Positions 1-10,614 are shown, counted from the stretch's first letter. The stretch is 64,000 nucleotides of DNA from Bacteroidia bacterium (GCA_039924845.1 JBDTAC010000054.1:41308-105307); one strand, 5' to 3'. The notes: a model not told the origin generated them from the sequence alone. A program made the numbers and translations.

Positions 1-541
1 TTCCCATATCTCCCCAAACCCATTCGTCGGAAGTGGTATTAAAATCAAAAATACTGGCGTCGGAAATAATGCTTCCTGTAATTTTTTTAATACCTTTTTT
101 CTGAATAATTTTTGCGAAATCGTCCATCAAATCGGTGCTGTCATTTTTCTTTTTAAAATATTCAGAACCTAAAGAAGGATCTCCTCCGCCTTTGATATAA
201 AGGTTTCCGTACAAAACGCCAGCTTTTATAAAACCATCGTATTCTATTTTTGTTTTAAAACGATAATCCGTTCCGAGTATTGATAAAGCTGCGCCAGTGG
301 TCATAATTTTCATCGTGCTTGCTGGAATCAGAGACATGTTATCGTTGTAAGATGCCATCACATTTCCCGTATTTACATCCATCACGCACACGCTCCAAGT
401 ACCGTGAATAAGGGAAGAATCGGTATTTAGTTTTCGAATTTCACTGTTTAAGTGAAGTAAAGAAGAATCCAAATTTTGTTGCGCCATCAATAAAAAAAAA
501 TGTCCGAAAAAGCAGACGCAAAAAAATATTTTTTTGATCAT
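1..541 (-). CDS. D-alanyl-D-alanine carboxypeptidase/endopeptidase (PBP4, peptidase S13), N-terminal part; the gene continues past the window edge
   Basis: Reverse translation of 1..541 gives MIKKYFFASAFSDIFFLLMAQQNL...IPASTMKIMTTGAAL...YIKGGGDPSLG. It has a signal peptide, the SxxK active-site motif (STMK) and other PBP4-type motifs. The ATG at 539-541 (reverse strand) overlaps the stop of the upstream gene (ATGA overlap). The ORF is open to position 1. Confidence 0.7.
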   Translation of the reverse strand, partial: MIKKIFFCVCFFGHFFLLMAQQNLDSSLLHLNSEIRKLNTDSSLIHGTWSVCVMDVNTGNVMASYNDNMSLIPASTMKIMTTGAALSILGTDYRFKTKIEYDGFIKAGVLYGNLYIKGGGDPSLGSEYFKKKNDSTDLMDDFAKIIQKKGIKKITGSIISDASIFDFNTTSDEWVWGDMG

Positions 542-783
542 TTAGAATAGCTGTTTAAAATTAAATCAATTTCAGCCGCCATTTTTCTATCTTTTTCTGT
601 TACGCAAATCCCTGCGTCGTGCGTACATAACTGGATATATACGTTATTGTATATATTGCTCCATTCGGGATGATGATTCATTTTTTCCGCGAGCAAAGCC
701 ACTTGCGTGATGAATGCAAAAGCTTGCGAAAAATCCGCAAACGAAAATTTTTTTTTCAAACGATTGTTTTCTTCTATCCACAT
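538..783 (-). CDS. 4a-hydroxytetrahydrobiopterin (pterin-4a-carbinolamine) dehydratase
   Basis: The 81-aa product has the PCD/DCoH signature EKMNHHPEWSNIY and the typical size. Confidence 0.8.
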   Translation of the reverse strand: MWIEENNRLKKKFSFADFSQAFAFITQVALLAEKMNHHPEWSNIYNNVYIQLCTHDAGICVTEKDRKMAAEIDLILNSYSK

Positions 784-877
784 TTTTTTAGGTTTTGCAT
801 AAAATTACAATTTTTTTGAGATTGATTTTTTAATGCTTCAAAAAAATATTTTTTTAAACGTATTTTTTAGAATTATT

Positions 878-1480
878 TTATTCGTTATTTTCTGCTTTAC
901 TGTATTCGTAAAACGTCAAAACCGTTTCAATGGCTTGTTGCATGGCTTTGTTAATCGGATAAAAATCTTTCGCCAAGTTCATATCAATTGATAAAAGTTT
1001 CATATAATACTGATTCATAATCGGAATAGAAGTTCCTGTTTTCAAGTCTTCCACAATTTTATCGTATTCTTTTTTCTGATTTTCTTTAATGATTTTACAC
1101 GTTGCCAATTGGGGATTCCCATTTTTATCCGTGCTGGCGCTGAAACCGAACAAACGACAAATCAAACCTCGGTAATTGTAATTGGAACAACCACTTCCGA
1201 AACTCCCAATTTTAGTGGTGGTAAAGAGTGCACAAATTGTATCGTCCGGATTTTTTTGCAAACGTTCCAAACTTTCGTAAGCCAAATTATTTTCGTACAA
1301 ATGATAGGCGAGGGGCAGAAATTCTAAAATCGTTGCTTCGATATCTGGTTTTTTGCAACATTGCGAACAGCCCGTCAAACAAGACAATCCGCTGATTTTT
1401 TGAAATTTTTCAATTTCTGATGAAAGCTCTTGAAAAATAAATTCTACTGCTTTTACTTTTTCAGGAATACTTAAATTCAT
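878..1480 (-). CDS. YkgJ/UPF0153-family putative Fe/Zn-chelating protein (CxxCxxCC-type)
   Basis: Cys cluster CLTGCSQCC plus downstream GSGCSNYNYRGLICRLFG. I place the start at the internal ATG (MNLSIPEK), because the track start is a TTG reading through an A/T palindrome. Confidence 0.55.
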   Translation of the reverse strand: MNLSIPEKVKAVEFIFQELSSEIEKFQKISGLSCLTGCSQCCKKPDIEATILEFLPLAYHLYENNLAYESLERLQKNPDDTICALFTTTKIGSFGSGCSNYNYRGLICRLFGFSASTDKNGNPQLATCKIIKENQKKEYDKIVEDLKTGTSIPIMNQYYMKLLSIDMNLAKDFYPINKAMQQAIETVLTFYEYSKAENNE

Positions 1481-1580
1481 GGGTTCAAAAAAATATTTTT
1501 TCAATTATTTATTTACTGTCGCGCAGATTCTGTATCAAAAACAAGTAGCGTTTTTTTATTTTTCAACCAAAATTTCCAAA

Positions 1581-2861
1581 TCAATAATCATATTTTTTAC
1601 CCCATTTTTTTTTCAAATTTTCGCGAATTTCTTTTTCTTTCGGATTATTCCCAGGTTCGTAAAAAATGCTTCCTGCAATGGATTCAGGCAAATATTCTTG
1701 TTCCGAAAAATTATTTTCGTATTGATGCGAATAGGCATAATTTTTTCCGTATCCCAAATCTTTCATCAATTTTGTAGGTGCATTTCGGATGTGTAAAGGA
1801 ACACTCAAGTTGCCAGTATTTCTAACTGTTTCTTGCGCTTTTGCAATGGCTACGTACGCGGCATTGCTTTTCGCGGAAGCGGCTAAATAAGTGGCTGTTT
1901 GCGATAAAATAATACGCGATTCTGGAAAACCAACCGCGTTTACTGCCTGAAAACAATTGTTGGCAATTACCAAAGCAGTCGGGTTGGCATTTCCAATATC
2001 TTCGGAAGCCAATATTAACAATCTCCTCGCAATAAAAAGCGGATCTTCTCCACCTTCAATCATCCGCGCCAGCCAATATACAGCAGCATTCGGATCGCTT
2101 CCTCGAATGGATTTTATAAATGCAGAAATAATATCGTAATGTTGCTCTCCGGCTTTGTCGTACAATGCCATATTTTGCTGCACATTCGCAATAACCAAGT
2201 CGTTCGTAATTTCTATTTTTTCAGTGTTGATGGTATTTACAACCAATTCGAAAATGTTCAATAATTTGCGTGCATCACCGCCCGAAAGTTGCAGTAGCGC
2301 TTCGCTCTCTTTCAAAAAAATATTTTTTTGACGAAGAATTTCATCGTTCTTCATCGCGATTTGCAGTAATTCTAAAAGCTCTTCTTTCTCCAATGATTTC
2401 AATACATATACTTGACAGCGCGAAAGCAAAGCGCTGATAACTTCAAAGGAAGGATTTTCGGTTGTAGCGCCAATTAAAGTAACAATGCCTTTTTCAACAG
2501 CTCCCAGTAAAGAATCTTGTTGCGATTTGCTGAAACGATGAATTTCATCAATAAATAAAATGGGATGATTGGTGTTGAAAAAGCTTTTTTCTTTCGCTTT
2601 TTCAATAATATCACGAATGTCTTTTACGCCTGAATTAATCGCGCTAAGGGCATAAAATGGACGTTTTAATTGCTGAGAAATAATTCCGGCAAGTGTTGTT
2701 TTTCCCACTCCGGGCGGTCCCCACAAAATAATGGAAGGTAACAATCCTGATTCTATTGATTTTCGGAGAATAGCACCTTCGCCCACTAAATGTTTCTGCC
2801 CGATGTAATTATCTAAATCGGAAGGACGAAGTCGTTCGGCAAGCGGCGCAAGTGTTGTCAT
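1581..2861 (-). CDS. rarA: Replication-associated recombination protein A (AAA+ ATPase RarA/MgsA)
   Basis: [14 protein letters not shown]-terminus, Walker [10 protein letters not shown], a DEIHR box and a C-terminal MgsA helical domain. Length 426 aa. Confidence 0.9.
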   Translation of the reverse strand: MTTLAPLAERLRPSDLDNYIGQKHLVGEGAILRKSIESGLLPSIILWGPPGVGKTTLAGIISQQLKRPFYALSAINSGVKDIRDIIEKAKEKSFFNTNHPILFIDEIHRFSKSQQDSLLGAVEKGIVTLIGATTENPSFEVISALLSRCQVYVLKSLEKEELLELLQIAMKNDEILRQKNIFLKESEALLQLSGGDARKLLNIFELVVNTINTEKIEITNDLVIANVQQNMALYDKAGEQHYDIISAFIKSIRGSDPNAAVYWLARMIEGGEDPLFIARRLLILASEDIGNANPTALVIANNCFQAVNAVGFPESRIILSQTATYLAASAKSNAAYVAIAKAQETVRNTGNLSVPLHIRNAPTKLMKDLGYGKNYAYSHQYENNFSEQEYLPESIAGSIFYEPGNNPKEKEIRENLKKKWGKKYDY

Positions 2862-2863
2862 TT

Positions 2864-4321
2864 TTAATGTTGATAAGCACCAATGTCGGGCGGGCTGATG
2901 CGCGGTTTATTGTTCAAATCCATAGGATACCAATTTCCAATAATTGAATTTCCTTTGCCAATAACGGCAGAAGAGCCGCCAATTGTATAATCTTCTTTTG
3001 TTACATTATTAAATTGAGGGTCTTGGTTGACAATATTATTGCTGTAATGATAGCCGTTTGAAACAGGTAAAGTTGTTCTCATCAAACAATTTTGAAAAAA
3101 CACATTAAAATTTCCGTTCCCACCGTAGGTAGAATCATACCCAATTTCATTGTTTAGATTTCCGTAAAAAATACAATTTCCGAAATAGGCACTGTCAATG
3201 GCACGTTGCTGAATATTCCCATTTACATCTTGATACCAATTATTTATCAGCAATAGCGGAGTTTGTCTGCCGGTAGCAGTATAGCTGGAAGACCAATAAT
3301 CGGCAAACGTACATTGCTTAAAACTATATTTTCCGCCATATTGAAAAGCTGCAGAATAACTTTGGCAATCGGCGAAAACACAATTAAAGCCAGTAATGTA
3401 GGAGCCTAATCCCGCAATAGCAAGGTTCGACATGTTTTTAATAATCGTATTACTTATTTTAAGCGTAGGTCCTGAGGACATCGGCTGACCAAGTGTATCT
3501 GCCTCAACACCAACGGTTCCATTTTTAATTATTGCCCAATCAATCGTATTGTTTAAACTTCCGGGCGAAAGCCAAATCTTACCCCATTGTCCGGCAACTG
3601 TGCTATAAGCTGGATCCAAACGATCACCCTGAAAAGTAACTGGATTGGAATACGTTCCTTGAACTTTTAATGTTCCTCCAGAGTTTACATACAACACGCC
3701 ATTGTTATGCACGTACACCTGCGTCCCGGCATTGATGGTGAGTGTACAACTACTATTCACAACAGCATATCCAAGTATCACATGTGGTTTATCATTGTTC
3801 CAAACATCGTTACAATTTAACACAATGTAAGGCGGGCTGCCATCTGTCGGAAATACGTTGGGCTTATAAAAATAAGCATCTTGTCCGTAAGCCATTAAAT
3901 CCACAGTTTGCGTATTGCCATTAGTAAGAAACATAACGGAATCTTGAATCAAGATAGGATTATTGTGGTTGGTCGGATTGATGGTAGCTGCCACAAACAC
4001 AAAAAGACTGTCTTTGGATCGAATCAATACATTCGTAATGCCGGATGCTGGAACGGGTACGCCATCTACATTTATCCGAAAATTGGACGTATTCCCAAGC
4101 GCCAGTTTAATGGATGAAATTGTTATATCTTGGCTGTTGCGGTTATAAACAGTGAAGGATTGAGTAACTGTTCCAACCGTAGTGAGAACAGTATCAAAGT
4201 AAACAGTAGATTGAGAGAAATTTAATTTTACGTTGGTGTTTGGACTGAAAATATCTTTTTTACAAGAAAAAAGCAAACAAATAATGGTTAAACTAAGGAT
4301 AAAATTTCGAAAATAATTCAT
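2864..4321 (-). CDS. Putative lipoprotein with parallel beta-helix-like repeats (hypothetical)
   Basis: Lipobox LLFSC after the signal peptide. The body is rich in N/G/T/V repeats (e.g. VILGYAVVNSSCTLTINAGTQVYVHNNGVLYVNSGGTLKVQG), suggestive of a beta-helix. The stop abuts the rarA start, so the two genes are probably co-operonic. Confidence 0.45.
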   Translation of the reverse strand: MNYFRNFILSLTIICLLFSCKKDIFSPNTNVKLNFSQSTVYFDTVLTTVGTVTQSFTVYNRNSQDITISSIKLALGNTSNFRINVDGVPVPASGITNVLIRSKDSLFVFVAATINPTNHNNPILIQDSVMFLTNGNTQTVDLMAYGQDAYFYKPNVFPTDGSPPYIVLNCNDVWNNDKPHVILGYAVVNSSCTLTINAGTQVYVHNNGVLYVNSGGTLKVQGTYSNPVTFQGDRLDPAYSTVAGQWGKIWLSPGSLNNTIDWAIIKNGTVGVEADTLGQPMSSGPTLKISNTIIKNMSNLAIAGLGSYITGFNCVFADCQSYSAAFQYGGKYSFKQCTFADYWSSSYTATGRQTPLLLINNWYQDVNGNIQQRAIDSAYFGNCIFYGNLNNEIGYDSTYGGNGNFNVFFQNCLMRTTLPVSNGYHYSNNIVNQDPQFNNVTKEDYTIGGSSAVIGKGNSIIGNWYPMDLNNKPRISPPDIGAYQH

Positions 4322-4461
4322 GTGGAAAAGAGTTCTTTGTACGACAAATATAGGTTAAATCAGAGTAAACGAGAAAAAAAGAAAAATATTATATTAAATC
4401 TCATTTGCAGAACTCGGAAGAAATACTTACTTTTGCCGTCCTAAAATTAATTCATAACAGT

Positions 4462-4719
4462 ATGAAAAAAGAAATTCATCCAGAAGGATATCGTTTTGTG
4501 ATATTTAAAGATATGTCGAACGATTACACTTTCATGACCAAATCGTGCGTGGAAGCAAAAGATACCATTAAATGGGAAGACGGCAAAGAATATCCTTTGT
4601 ATAAAATGGAGATTTCAAATATGTCGCATCCTTTTTACACCGGAAAAATAAAATTGGTAGATACTGCAGGTCGTGTCGATAAATTCAGAACACGCTATCA
4701 GAAAAAAGAAGCCAAATAA
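4462..4719 (+). CDS. rpmE: 50S ribosomal protein L31 (type B)
   Basis: MKKEIHPEGY... start and ~85-aa size typical of L31. The track ORF begins at an upstream TTG; the ATG at 4462 is preferred. Confidence 0.85.
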   Translation: MKKEIHPEGYRFVIFKDMSNDYTFMTKSCVEAKDTIKWEDGKEYPLYKMEISNMSHPFYTGKIKLVDTAGRVDKFRTRYQKKEAK

Positions 4720-4744
4720 TAGTTGGATTTAAAATTCATTAAAA

Positions 4745-4784
4745 AAACGCTTCGGAAAATTAATTTTCCGAAGCGTTTTTTTTA
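4745..4784 (+). terminator. Rho-independent terminator downstream of rpmE
   Basis: Perfect ~15-bp inverted repeat aacgcttcggaaaat / attttccgaagcgtt followed by a run of 8 T. Confidence 0.8.
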
Positions 4785-4849
4785 GAGCAAAAGATGGGTT
4801 CAAAAAAATAATTTTTCAGGATGAGGTTCAGCGCCTCGTCCTAAAAAAA

Positions 4850-7255
4850 TCATTTTACAATGATCAATTTACCATTTCCAGCCATTCCAAAATCGTTCAT
4901 CAATCGATAGAAATAAATGCCACTTTGCAATGTTCCTTTACTGATGATAGTTTGCGTATTCTTGATTGTGATTGCTTGCACTTGCTGACCAAGTATGTCG
5001 TAAAAATACAACACAGGATGATTTTTTATAGAACCTACAACAATATTTACGTCATTGCCTGAAGGATTTGGATACAATGAAATACCAGATGAGATTCCGT
5101 TAAGCACAGCTATTCCAGTAGAAACATTTACTGTATCCGTTTCAACTATCGAACATCCATTCGCATCAATAATAGTGCAAGTATAAATTCCACCAGCTAA
5201 TCCGGTAGCAGTTTCTGTAGTTTCTCCACTTGGCGACCATGAATAGGTATAAGGAGAAGTTCCGCCAGAAGGGTTTGTAGAAGCCGTTCCGTCGTTTATT
5301 CCTGAACCGCTTGAATTAGTGCTTGATGTAGTAGCTGTTAATGCTAATGGTTGCGTAATTACAACACTTTCCGTGGAAGTACATCCTTTTGAATCGGTGA
5401 TTGTACACGTGTATGTATTGGCAGCAAGTCCACTTGCTGAAGCTGTATTACCGCCACCAGATGACCAAGAATACGTATATCCAGCAGTACCTCCAGAAAC
5501 GGCAACCGAGGCAACACCATTGTTATCGCCATTACAAGAAACATTGGTTTGAGTTGTAGTAGCTGTTATTGCAGAAGGTTGAGTAATAATGACACTTTTT
5601 GTTGCTGTACATCCTTTTGAATCGGTGATTGTACACGTGTATGTATTGGCAGCAAGTCCACTTGCTGTTGCAGAAGTTCCGCCACTTGGCGACCAAGAAT
5701 ATGTATAACCTGGTGTTCCACCTGTTGCAAAAATATTCGCACTACCATTGCTGCTTCCGTTACAAGAAACATTGGTTTGAGTTGTTGTAGTTGTTATTGC
5801 AGATGGTTGGCTAATAATGACACTTTTTGTTGCTGTACATCCTTTTGAATCCGTGATTGTACACGTGTATGTATTGGCAGCAAGTCCACTTGCTGTTGCA
5901 GAAGTTCCACCACTTGGTGACCAAGAATAGGTAAAACTTGGTGTTCCACCTGTTGCAGATATATTCGCACTACCATTGTTGCTTCCGTTACAAGAAACAT
6001 TGGTTTGAGTTGTTGTAGTTGAGATGGCTAATGGTTGCGTAATTGTAACTGATGCAGTTTGTGTACTTGAAGCAGCATCTTTTACTGTTACAGTATAGGT
6101 TCCAGCAGCAAGTCCTGTTGCAGTGGCAGCTGTTCCGCCACTTGGAGACCATGAATAGGTATAAGCTGGAGTTCCACCGGATGGTGTAACTGTTGCAGAT
6201 CCATTGTTTCCTCCATTACAAGATATATTCGTTTGTGTTGTGGTAGCAGACAATGTTGTTGCTGAATTACTTGTAGCCAACCAAATAGTAGTATTGACAA
6301 TAATAGTTTCCTCTTCGGTACTTGGCGCGCTTGTGGGATCTCCCGTATAGCCGTTGTAAACACCAGTACTGGCAACACCATATCGATCACCTGTTCCATC
6401 GTCAGCTGGAGAACTATCGCCTTCAAAGGCAAATTTTCCAGAACCATATCTTCCATGACCGGCCATAACACCTGTATTTCCAACTGCACCCATAAATACA
6501 TCTCCCGTTATGGACGAATTTTCAGCAGGATAAAGTGTAAACGTAGTTCCATTATGCCACTGCATGCCTGGACAATTACCTTCTGGACCATGAATAATAG
6601 AATCTGTTAAAGAAGGATTTACATTAGCCGATGTTGGTGAAATATTCACCGAATCAAGTTTAAAACCGAACGCTGTATTGCTTACCGGATTATGGGTAAT
6701 AAAGTCTTCCCAAACTCCACGTGCATCCCATCCATTATTGGTACGAGAAGCATTTATATGATCTGAAATTATAAATAATCCGCCTCCATTATGAATAAAA
6801 TTCATGAGTGCCAATTTTGTATGTGCCGAAAATGGAAATTGCGGCTCATCCACAATAAAAACTTTGTAATTACTTAAATCTTGAGGATTACTGAAATTGC
6901 CATAAGTAATAGAATCAAATGTTGGCAATGTTTCTACAGCATACCCTTTTTTTACCATGTCAATTCCCCAATTAGACAAAGCGCCTGTCCAATATGTTTC
7001 TGGCGTTGAAGCTGTAATGCCTGATTGAGCTGGAGTTGGAATTCGTTGAGCATTATCTTGTTGCACGGTAGAAGTTACTTGTACGGGCAATCCACCAGTA
7101 CCGGTGTATTGCACGTTATGTGCATCCGCATCTATCACCCAATCAGCATTTCCTGCAGTTTGACCTTCCGTGGCATCAAATAAAATTTTTACTTGTGCAA
7201 AAGTGCTGTGCGCCATCAATAGAAAGCAACTGGCTGTTAGTAGTATTTTTTTCAT
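4850..7255 (-). CDS. Secreted cell-surface protein with five tandem SprB repeats and a T9SS (Por) C-terminal sorting domain
   Basis: Signal peptide, then five ~76-aa repeats of the form CNGxxNGSA..GGTPxYTYSWSPSGGT..GLAAxTYTCTITDSKGC (SprB-repeat pattern). The C-terminus (SLYPNPSGNDVNIVV...GIYFYRL...GKLIIVK) is typical of a T9SS sorting domain. Confidence 0.8.
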   Translation of the reverse strand: MKKILLTASCFLLMAHSTFAQVKILFDATEGQTAGNADWVIDADAHNVQYTGTGGLPVQVTSTVQQDNAQRIPTPAQSGITASTPETYWTGALSNWGIDMVKKGYAVETLPTFDSITYGNFSNPQDLSNYKVFIVDEPQFPFSAHTKLALMNFIHNGGGLFIISDHINASRTNNGWDARGVWEDFITHNPVSNTAFGFKLDSVNISPTSANVNPSLTDSIIHGPEGNCPGMQWHNGTTFTLYPAENSSITGDVFMGAVGNTGVMAGHGRYGSGKFAFEGDSSPADDGTGDRYGVASTGVYNGYTGDPTSAPSTEEETIIVNTTIWLATSNSATTLSATTTQTNISCNGGNNGSATVTPSGGTPAYTYSWSPSGGTAATATGLAAGTYTVTVKDAASSTQTASVTITQPLAISTTTTQTNVSCNGSNNGSANISATGGTPSFTYSWSPSGGTSATASGLAANTYTCTITDSKGCTATKSVIISQPSAITTTTTQTNVSCNGSSNGSANIFATGGTPGYTYSWSPSGGTSATASGLAANTYTCTITDSKGCTATKSVIITQPSAITATTTQTNVSCNGDNNGVASVAVSGGTAGYTYSWSSGGGNTASASGLAANTYTCTITDSKGCTSTESVVITQPLALTATTSSTNSSGSGINDGTASTNPSGGTSPYTYSWSPSGETTETATGLAGGIYTCTIIDANGCSIVETDTVNVSTGIAVLNGISSGISLYPNPSGNDVNIVVGSIKNHPVLYFYDILGQQVQAITIKNTQTIISKGTLQSGIYFYRLMNDFGMAGNGKLIIVK
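5317..6000. repeat. Intragenic 228-bp tandem DNA repeat (three near-identical copies) encoding SprB repeats 2-4
   Basis: The antisense shadow ORFs 5359..5544, 5566..5772 and 5794..6000 all begin MFLV and share QQVDLLPIHTRVQSPIQKDV, offset by exactly 228 nt. The sense-strand repeats R2-R4 are nearly identical at the protein level. Confidence 0.8.
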
Positions 7256-7578
7256 AATAATAGATTGGATCTTATAGTGGTATTTGAAAAAATATTTTTC
7301 TGTTTGGATAAATAAATATTTGTGTTAAAACTGCAATGTTCGGATATTTTTTTTAAAAAACCTAATCCAGTTATTCGTTTTTTTTAACAGTTATTCCATT
7401 TTTAGAACGGTTATTAATATAAATAAGACATTCTGTTTTTTTGAGGAATATGGCATTTACTTATTTCATAATCACAAAAAATAATTTTCAGAAGGCAAAA
7501 AGATCTCGAGAAATAAAAACAACGCATTTATTATTTTTTTAACTTAGCAGCCTTAATTTCAGCAGTAATTTTTTTACG

Positions 7579-8448
7579 GTGTCCGATAAATATTCAAAAA
7601 GAAAACTCCAATCCTCCTCGTTTACAACGATTATAAGCATTTCGTTGGTGCTTTTTATGCTCGGGTTAATTGCGATTTTATTACTCAATACACGCAATTT
7701 GACAAATGAAGTAAAAGAAAATTTAGGTTTCCAACTGATTCTCAATGATAATGCAAAAGATGCCGACATTCAAAAATTACAAAAAACATTGGATGCTTCG
7801 GACTACGTAAAATCCACAGAATACACGACTAAAGAAGAAGCTGCTCAAAAATTACAACAAGATATGGGCGAGGATTTCTTGAAATTTTTGGGGTATAACC
7901 CTTTACTGGCTTCCATTAATGTCCGCTTGAAAGCTGATTATGCGAATAACGACAGCATTAATTGGATTGAAAAAGACATGACGTCCAACCAAATTGTGAA
8001 AGAATTTGTGTACCATAAATCACTGATTAATTTGGTGAATGAAAACGTGAATAAACTTAGTTTAGTGATTTTAATTTTCAGCGGATTACTGCTATTTATC
8101 TCGCTTGCGCTGATTCACAATACGATTCGTTTATCCATTTATTCCAAACGATTTCTCATTAAAACCATGCAATTGGTGGGTGCTACGCAATATTTTATCC
8201 GAAAGCCTTTTGTTTTAACCGGCATTCGACATGGCGTATATGCCGCAGGAATAGCACTTGCGATGCTCGCCGGAGTCATGTATTTGGCAGGAAAACAATT
8301 TCCTGATTTTATAAAAATGATGGACCTAAAAATACTTGGAACACTTTTTATTGCTGTTATTTTAATGGGAATAATTATTTCTTGGATAAGCACTTCTCTT
8401 GCTGTACGCAAGTATTTAAGATTAAAATCAGATGAATTATATTACTAA
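7579..8448 (+). CDS. ftsX: Cell division protein FtsX (permease-like)
   Basis: 289 aa, with an N-terminal TM, a periplasmic domain and three C-terminal TMs. The conserved FtsX C-terminal region KTMQLVGATQYFIRKPF is present. GTG start. Confidence 0.85.
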   Translation: MSDKYSKRKLQSSSFTTIISISLVLFMLGLIAILLLNTRNLTNEVKENLGFQLILNDNAKDADIQKLQKTLDASDYVKSTEYTTKEEAAQKLQQDMGEDFLKFLGYNPLLASINVRLKADYANNDSINWIEKDMTSNQIVKEFVYHKSLINLVNENVNKLSLVILIFSGLLLFISLALIHNTIRLSIYSKRFLIKTMQLVGATQYFIRKPFVLTGIRHGVYAAGIALAMLAGVMYLAGKQFPDFIKMMDLKILGTLFIAVILMGIIISWISTSLAVRKYLRLKSDELYY

Positions 8449-8460
8449 AAAATAAAAACA

Positions 8461-8712
8461 ATGAGCAATTTAAAAGAAACAAAAAAGCCAAATGAATTCT
8501 TATTCAGTGCTACCAATTACAAAATTTTAATTGCAGGTGTGGTTATTTCTGCCATCGGATTTATGTTTATGAGCGGCGGCGGATCAGCCGATCCAAACAA
8601 ATTTAACGCTGATGAATTGTTTAGTTTCCGCAGAATTACATTGGCGCCAATTACTGTTTTAGCAGGATACGCAACGGTTTTATACGCTATTTTGAAACGC
8701 AAAAAAGCGTAA
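8461..8712 (+). CDS. DUF3098-family small membrane protein
   Basis: 83 aa with two TM segments, immediately downstream of ftsX as is usual in Bacteroidota. Confidence 0.65.
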   Translation: MSNLKETKKPNEFLFSATNYKILIAGVVISAIGFMFMSGGGSADPNKFNADELFSFRRITLAPITVLAGYATVLYAILKRKKA

Positions 8713-8745
8713 CGAAAAAATTATTTTTTCAAGCCAATAATTTTC

Positions 8746-9456
8746 ATGCTCGACATTTCGAACGCAGCACACGTTATTTTGCTTGATAAACCGTATCGTT
8801 GGACGTCCTTCCAAGCGGTTAATAAATTAAAATATTTATTCCGACAAAAATACGGCACGAAAATAAAAATCGGTCATGCCGGAACCTTGGATCCTTTGGC
8901 AACAGGACTTCTCATCATTTGCACGGGGAAATTTACGAAAGAAATTTCCACTTATCAATCACAAGAAAAAGAATACATCGGAACTTTTTTTTTAGGCGCC
9001 ACAACGCCTTGTTTCGATAAAGAAAAAGAAATTGATTTTCATTTTCCCACCGAACACATCACTGAAAAAAAAATTCTGGAAGCCACAAAAAAATTCATCG
9101 GAGAAATCCAGCAAATTCCACCTATTTTTTCAGCCGTAAAAGTAAACGGAGAAAGAGCTTACGATAAAGCTCGCAGAGGCGATGAAGTGGAAATAAAACC
9201 CAGAATAGTTACGCTCAGCGAATTTGAAATTACGCGCATTCAATTACCGGAAGTGGATTTCCGAATTGTGTGCAGTAAAGGAACATATATCCGTTCCATC
9301 GCACGCGACTTTGGATTAGAACTAAATAGTGGTGCACACCTCACCGCACTTTGCAGAACACGTATCGGCGATTTTAAGCTCGAAAATACTTTGTCCGTCG
9401 AGGAATTTGAAAAAAAAATTTCCGAAGAAACACTCCCTAAAATCTTCTCGAAATAA
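8746..9456 (+). CDS. truB: tRNA pseudouridine(55) synthase
   Basis: VILLDKPYRWTSFQ and the catalytic-Asp motif GHAGTLDPLATGLL. Confidence 0.9.
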   Translation: MLDISNAAHVILLDKPYRWTSFQAVNKLKYLFRQKYGTKIKIGHAGTLDPLATGLLIICTGKFTKEISTYQSQEKEYIGTFFLGATTPCFDKEKEIDFHFPTEHITEKKILEATKKFIGEIQQIPPIFSAVKVNGERAYDKARRGDEVEIKPRIVTLSEFEITRIQLPEVDFRIVCSKGTYIRSIARDFGLELNSGAHLTALCRTRIGDFKLENTLSVEEFEKKISEETLPKIFSK

Positions 9457-9557
9457 TCTTTTTTCAAAGGACTTAAAAAAAAATATTTTTTTGCAGATAT
9501 TTGCTTAGCTTTGCAGGCTTAAAAAATACGTATTTCAAAAAAATTCAACTCCGCCTC

Positions 9558-10607
9558 ATGAAACTATCCCAGTTTAAATTTAATCTTCCGAAAGAATTAT
9601 TAGCAGAAAATCCTACGCAAAATCGTGATGAATCGCGCTTGATGGTGATTGACCGAAAAACAGGAAAAATCGAGCATAAAATATTTAAAGACATTCTTAA
9701 ATATTTTAACGATGGAGATGTGATGATTTTGAACGACACGAAAGTTTTTCCAGCTCGTTTATATGGAAATAAAGAAAAAACAGGCGCGAAAATAGAAGTG
9801 TTTTTGTTACGCGAATTGAATCGAGAAAGTCGTTTGTGGGACGTATTAGTTGATCCTGCCAGAAAAATAAGAATTGGAAATAAATTGTATTTCGGTGACG
9901 ATGATACGTTGGTGGCGGAAGTAATCGACAACACGACTTCTCGTGGAAGAACACTCCGTTTTTTATTTGACGGACCTTACGAAGAATTTAAACAAGCGGT
10001 TGAAAATTTAGGAGAAACACCGCTTCCAAAATACATTAAAAGAGAAGTAAAACCAGAAGATAAAGAACGTTATCAAACTGTTTACGCAAGTAAAGAAGGC
10101 GCAGTTGCCGCGCCAACAGCAGGTTTGCATTTCAGTAGAGAATTACTAAAACGCCTCGAATTAAAAGGTGTCAACTTTGCAAATGTTACCTTACACGTTG
10201 GTTTAGGAACTTTCCGTTCGGTAGAAGTAGAAGATTTGACGAAACATAAAATGGATTCGGAGCAAGCGGAGATCACCGAAAAAGCCGCACTTATTGTAAA
10301 CAAAGCAAAAGACGCGAACAAACGGATTTGTGCGGTTGGTACCACTTCGATGCGCACCATAGAAACTTCCGTTTCTACAGATGGACATTTGAATCCGTTT
10401 AATGGTTGGACCAATAAATTTATTTTTCCGCCGTATGATTTCAGCGTTGCCAATTGCATGGTAACAAATTTCCATACACCTGAATCTACTTTATTGATGA
10501 TGGTTTGCGCATTTGGCGGATACGATTTAATCATGAAAGCTTACAAAGAAGCTATCAAAGAAAAATATCGTTTTTACAGTTATGGCGATGCCATGCTAAT
10601 TCTCTAA
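9558..10607 (+). CDS. queA: S-adenosylmethionine:tRNA ribosyltransferase-isomerase
   Basis: [31 protein letters not shown]-terminus typical of QueA; ~350 aa. The start is trimmed to the internal ATG. Confidence 0.9.
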   Translation: MKLSQFKFNLPKELLAENPTQNRDESRLMVIDRKTGKIEHKIFKDILKYFNDGDVMILNDTKVFPARLYGNKEKTGAKIEVFLLRELNRESRLWDVLVDPARKIRIGNKLYFGDDDTLVAEVIDNTTSRGRTLRFLFDGPYEEFKQAVENLGETPLPKYIKREVKPEDKERYQTVYASKEGAVAAPTAGLHFSRELLKRLELKGVNFANVTLHVGLGTFRSVEVEDLTKHKMDSEQAEITEKAALIVNKAKDANKRICAVGTTSMRTIETSVSTDGHLNPFNGWTNKFIFPPYDFSVANCMVTNFHTPESTLLMMVCAFGGYDLIMKAYKEAIKEKYRFYSYGDAMLIL

Positions 10608-10614
10608 TACAGAA

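Noticed and set aside
1109-4148. Short ORFs from the six-frame track on the opposite strand of rarA, the YkgJ-like gene and the lipoprotein (1109..1327, 1479..1796, 1957..2139, 3742..4148)
   Set aside because: They are fully contained in longer, motif-supported genes on the other strand and have low-complexity composition typical of antisense AT-rich frames.
4404-4441. rpmE promoter call (TTTG at 4404-4407 plus TAcTTTTG at 4434-4441)
   Set aside because: The -7 box fits TAnnTTTG, but the spacing to the upstream TTTG (~26 nt) is longer than the usual ~19-21 nt, so this is too uncertain to list as a feature.
5359-6501. Minus-frame ORFs 5359..5544, 5566..5772, 5794..6000, 6088..6501 and plus-strand ORF 5319..5552
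   Set aside because: They are shadow ORFs within the SprB-repeat gene, and their similarity to each other just reflects the 228-bp DNA repeat. None has a start context or signal peptide.
7256-7578. 320-bp divergent intergenic region checked for a tRNA or other structured RNA
   Set aside because: It is uniformly AT-rich with no GC-rich stems or tRNA-like cloverleaf segments. It is most likely just divergent promoters for the SprB-repeat gene and ftsX.
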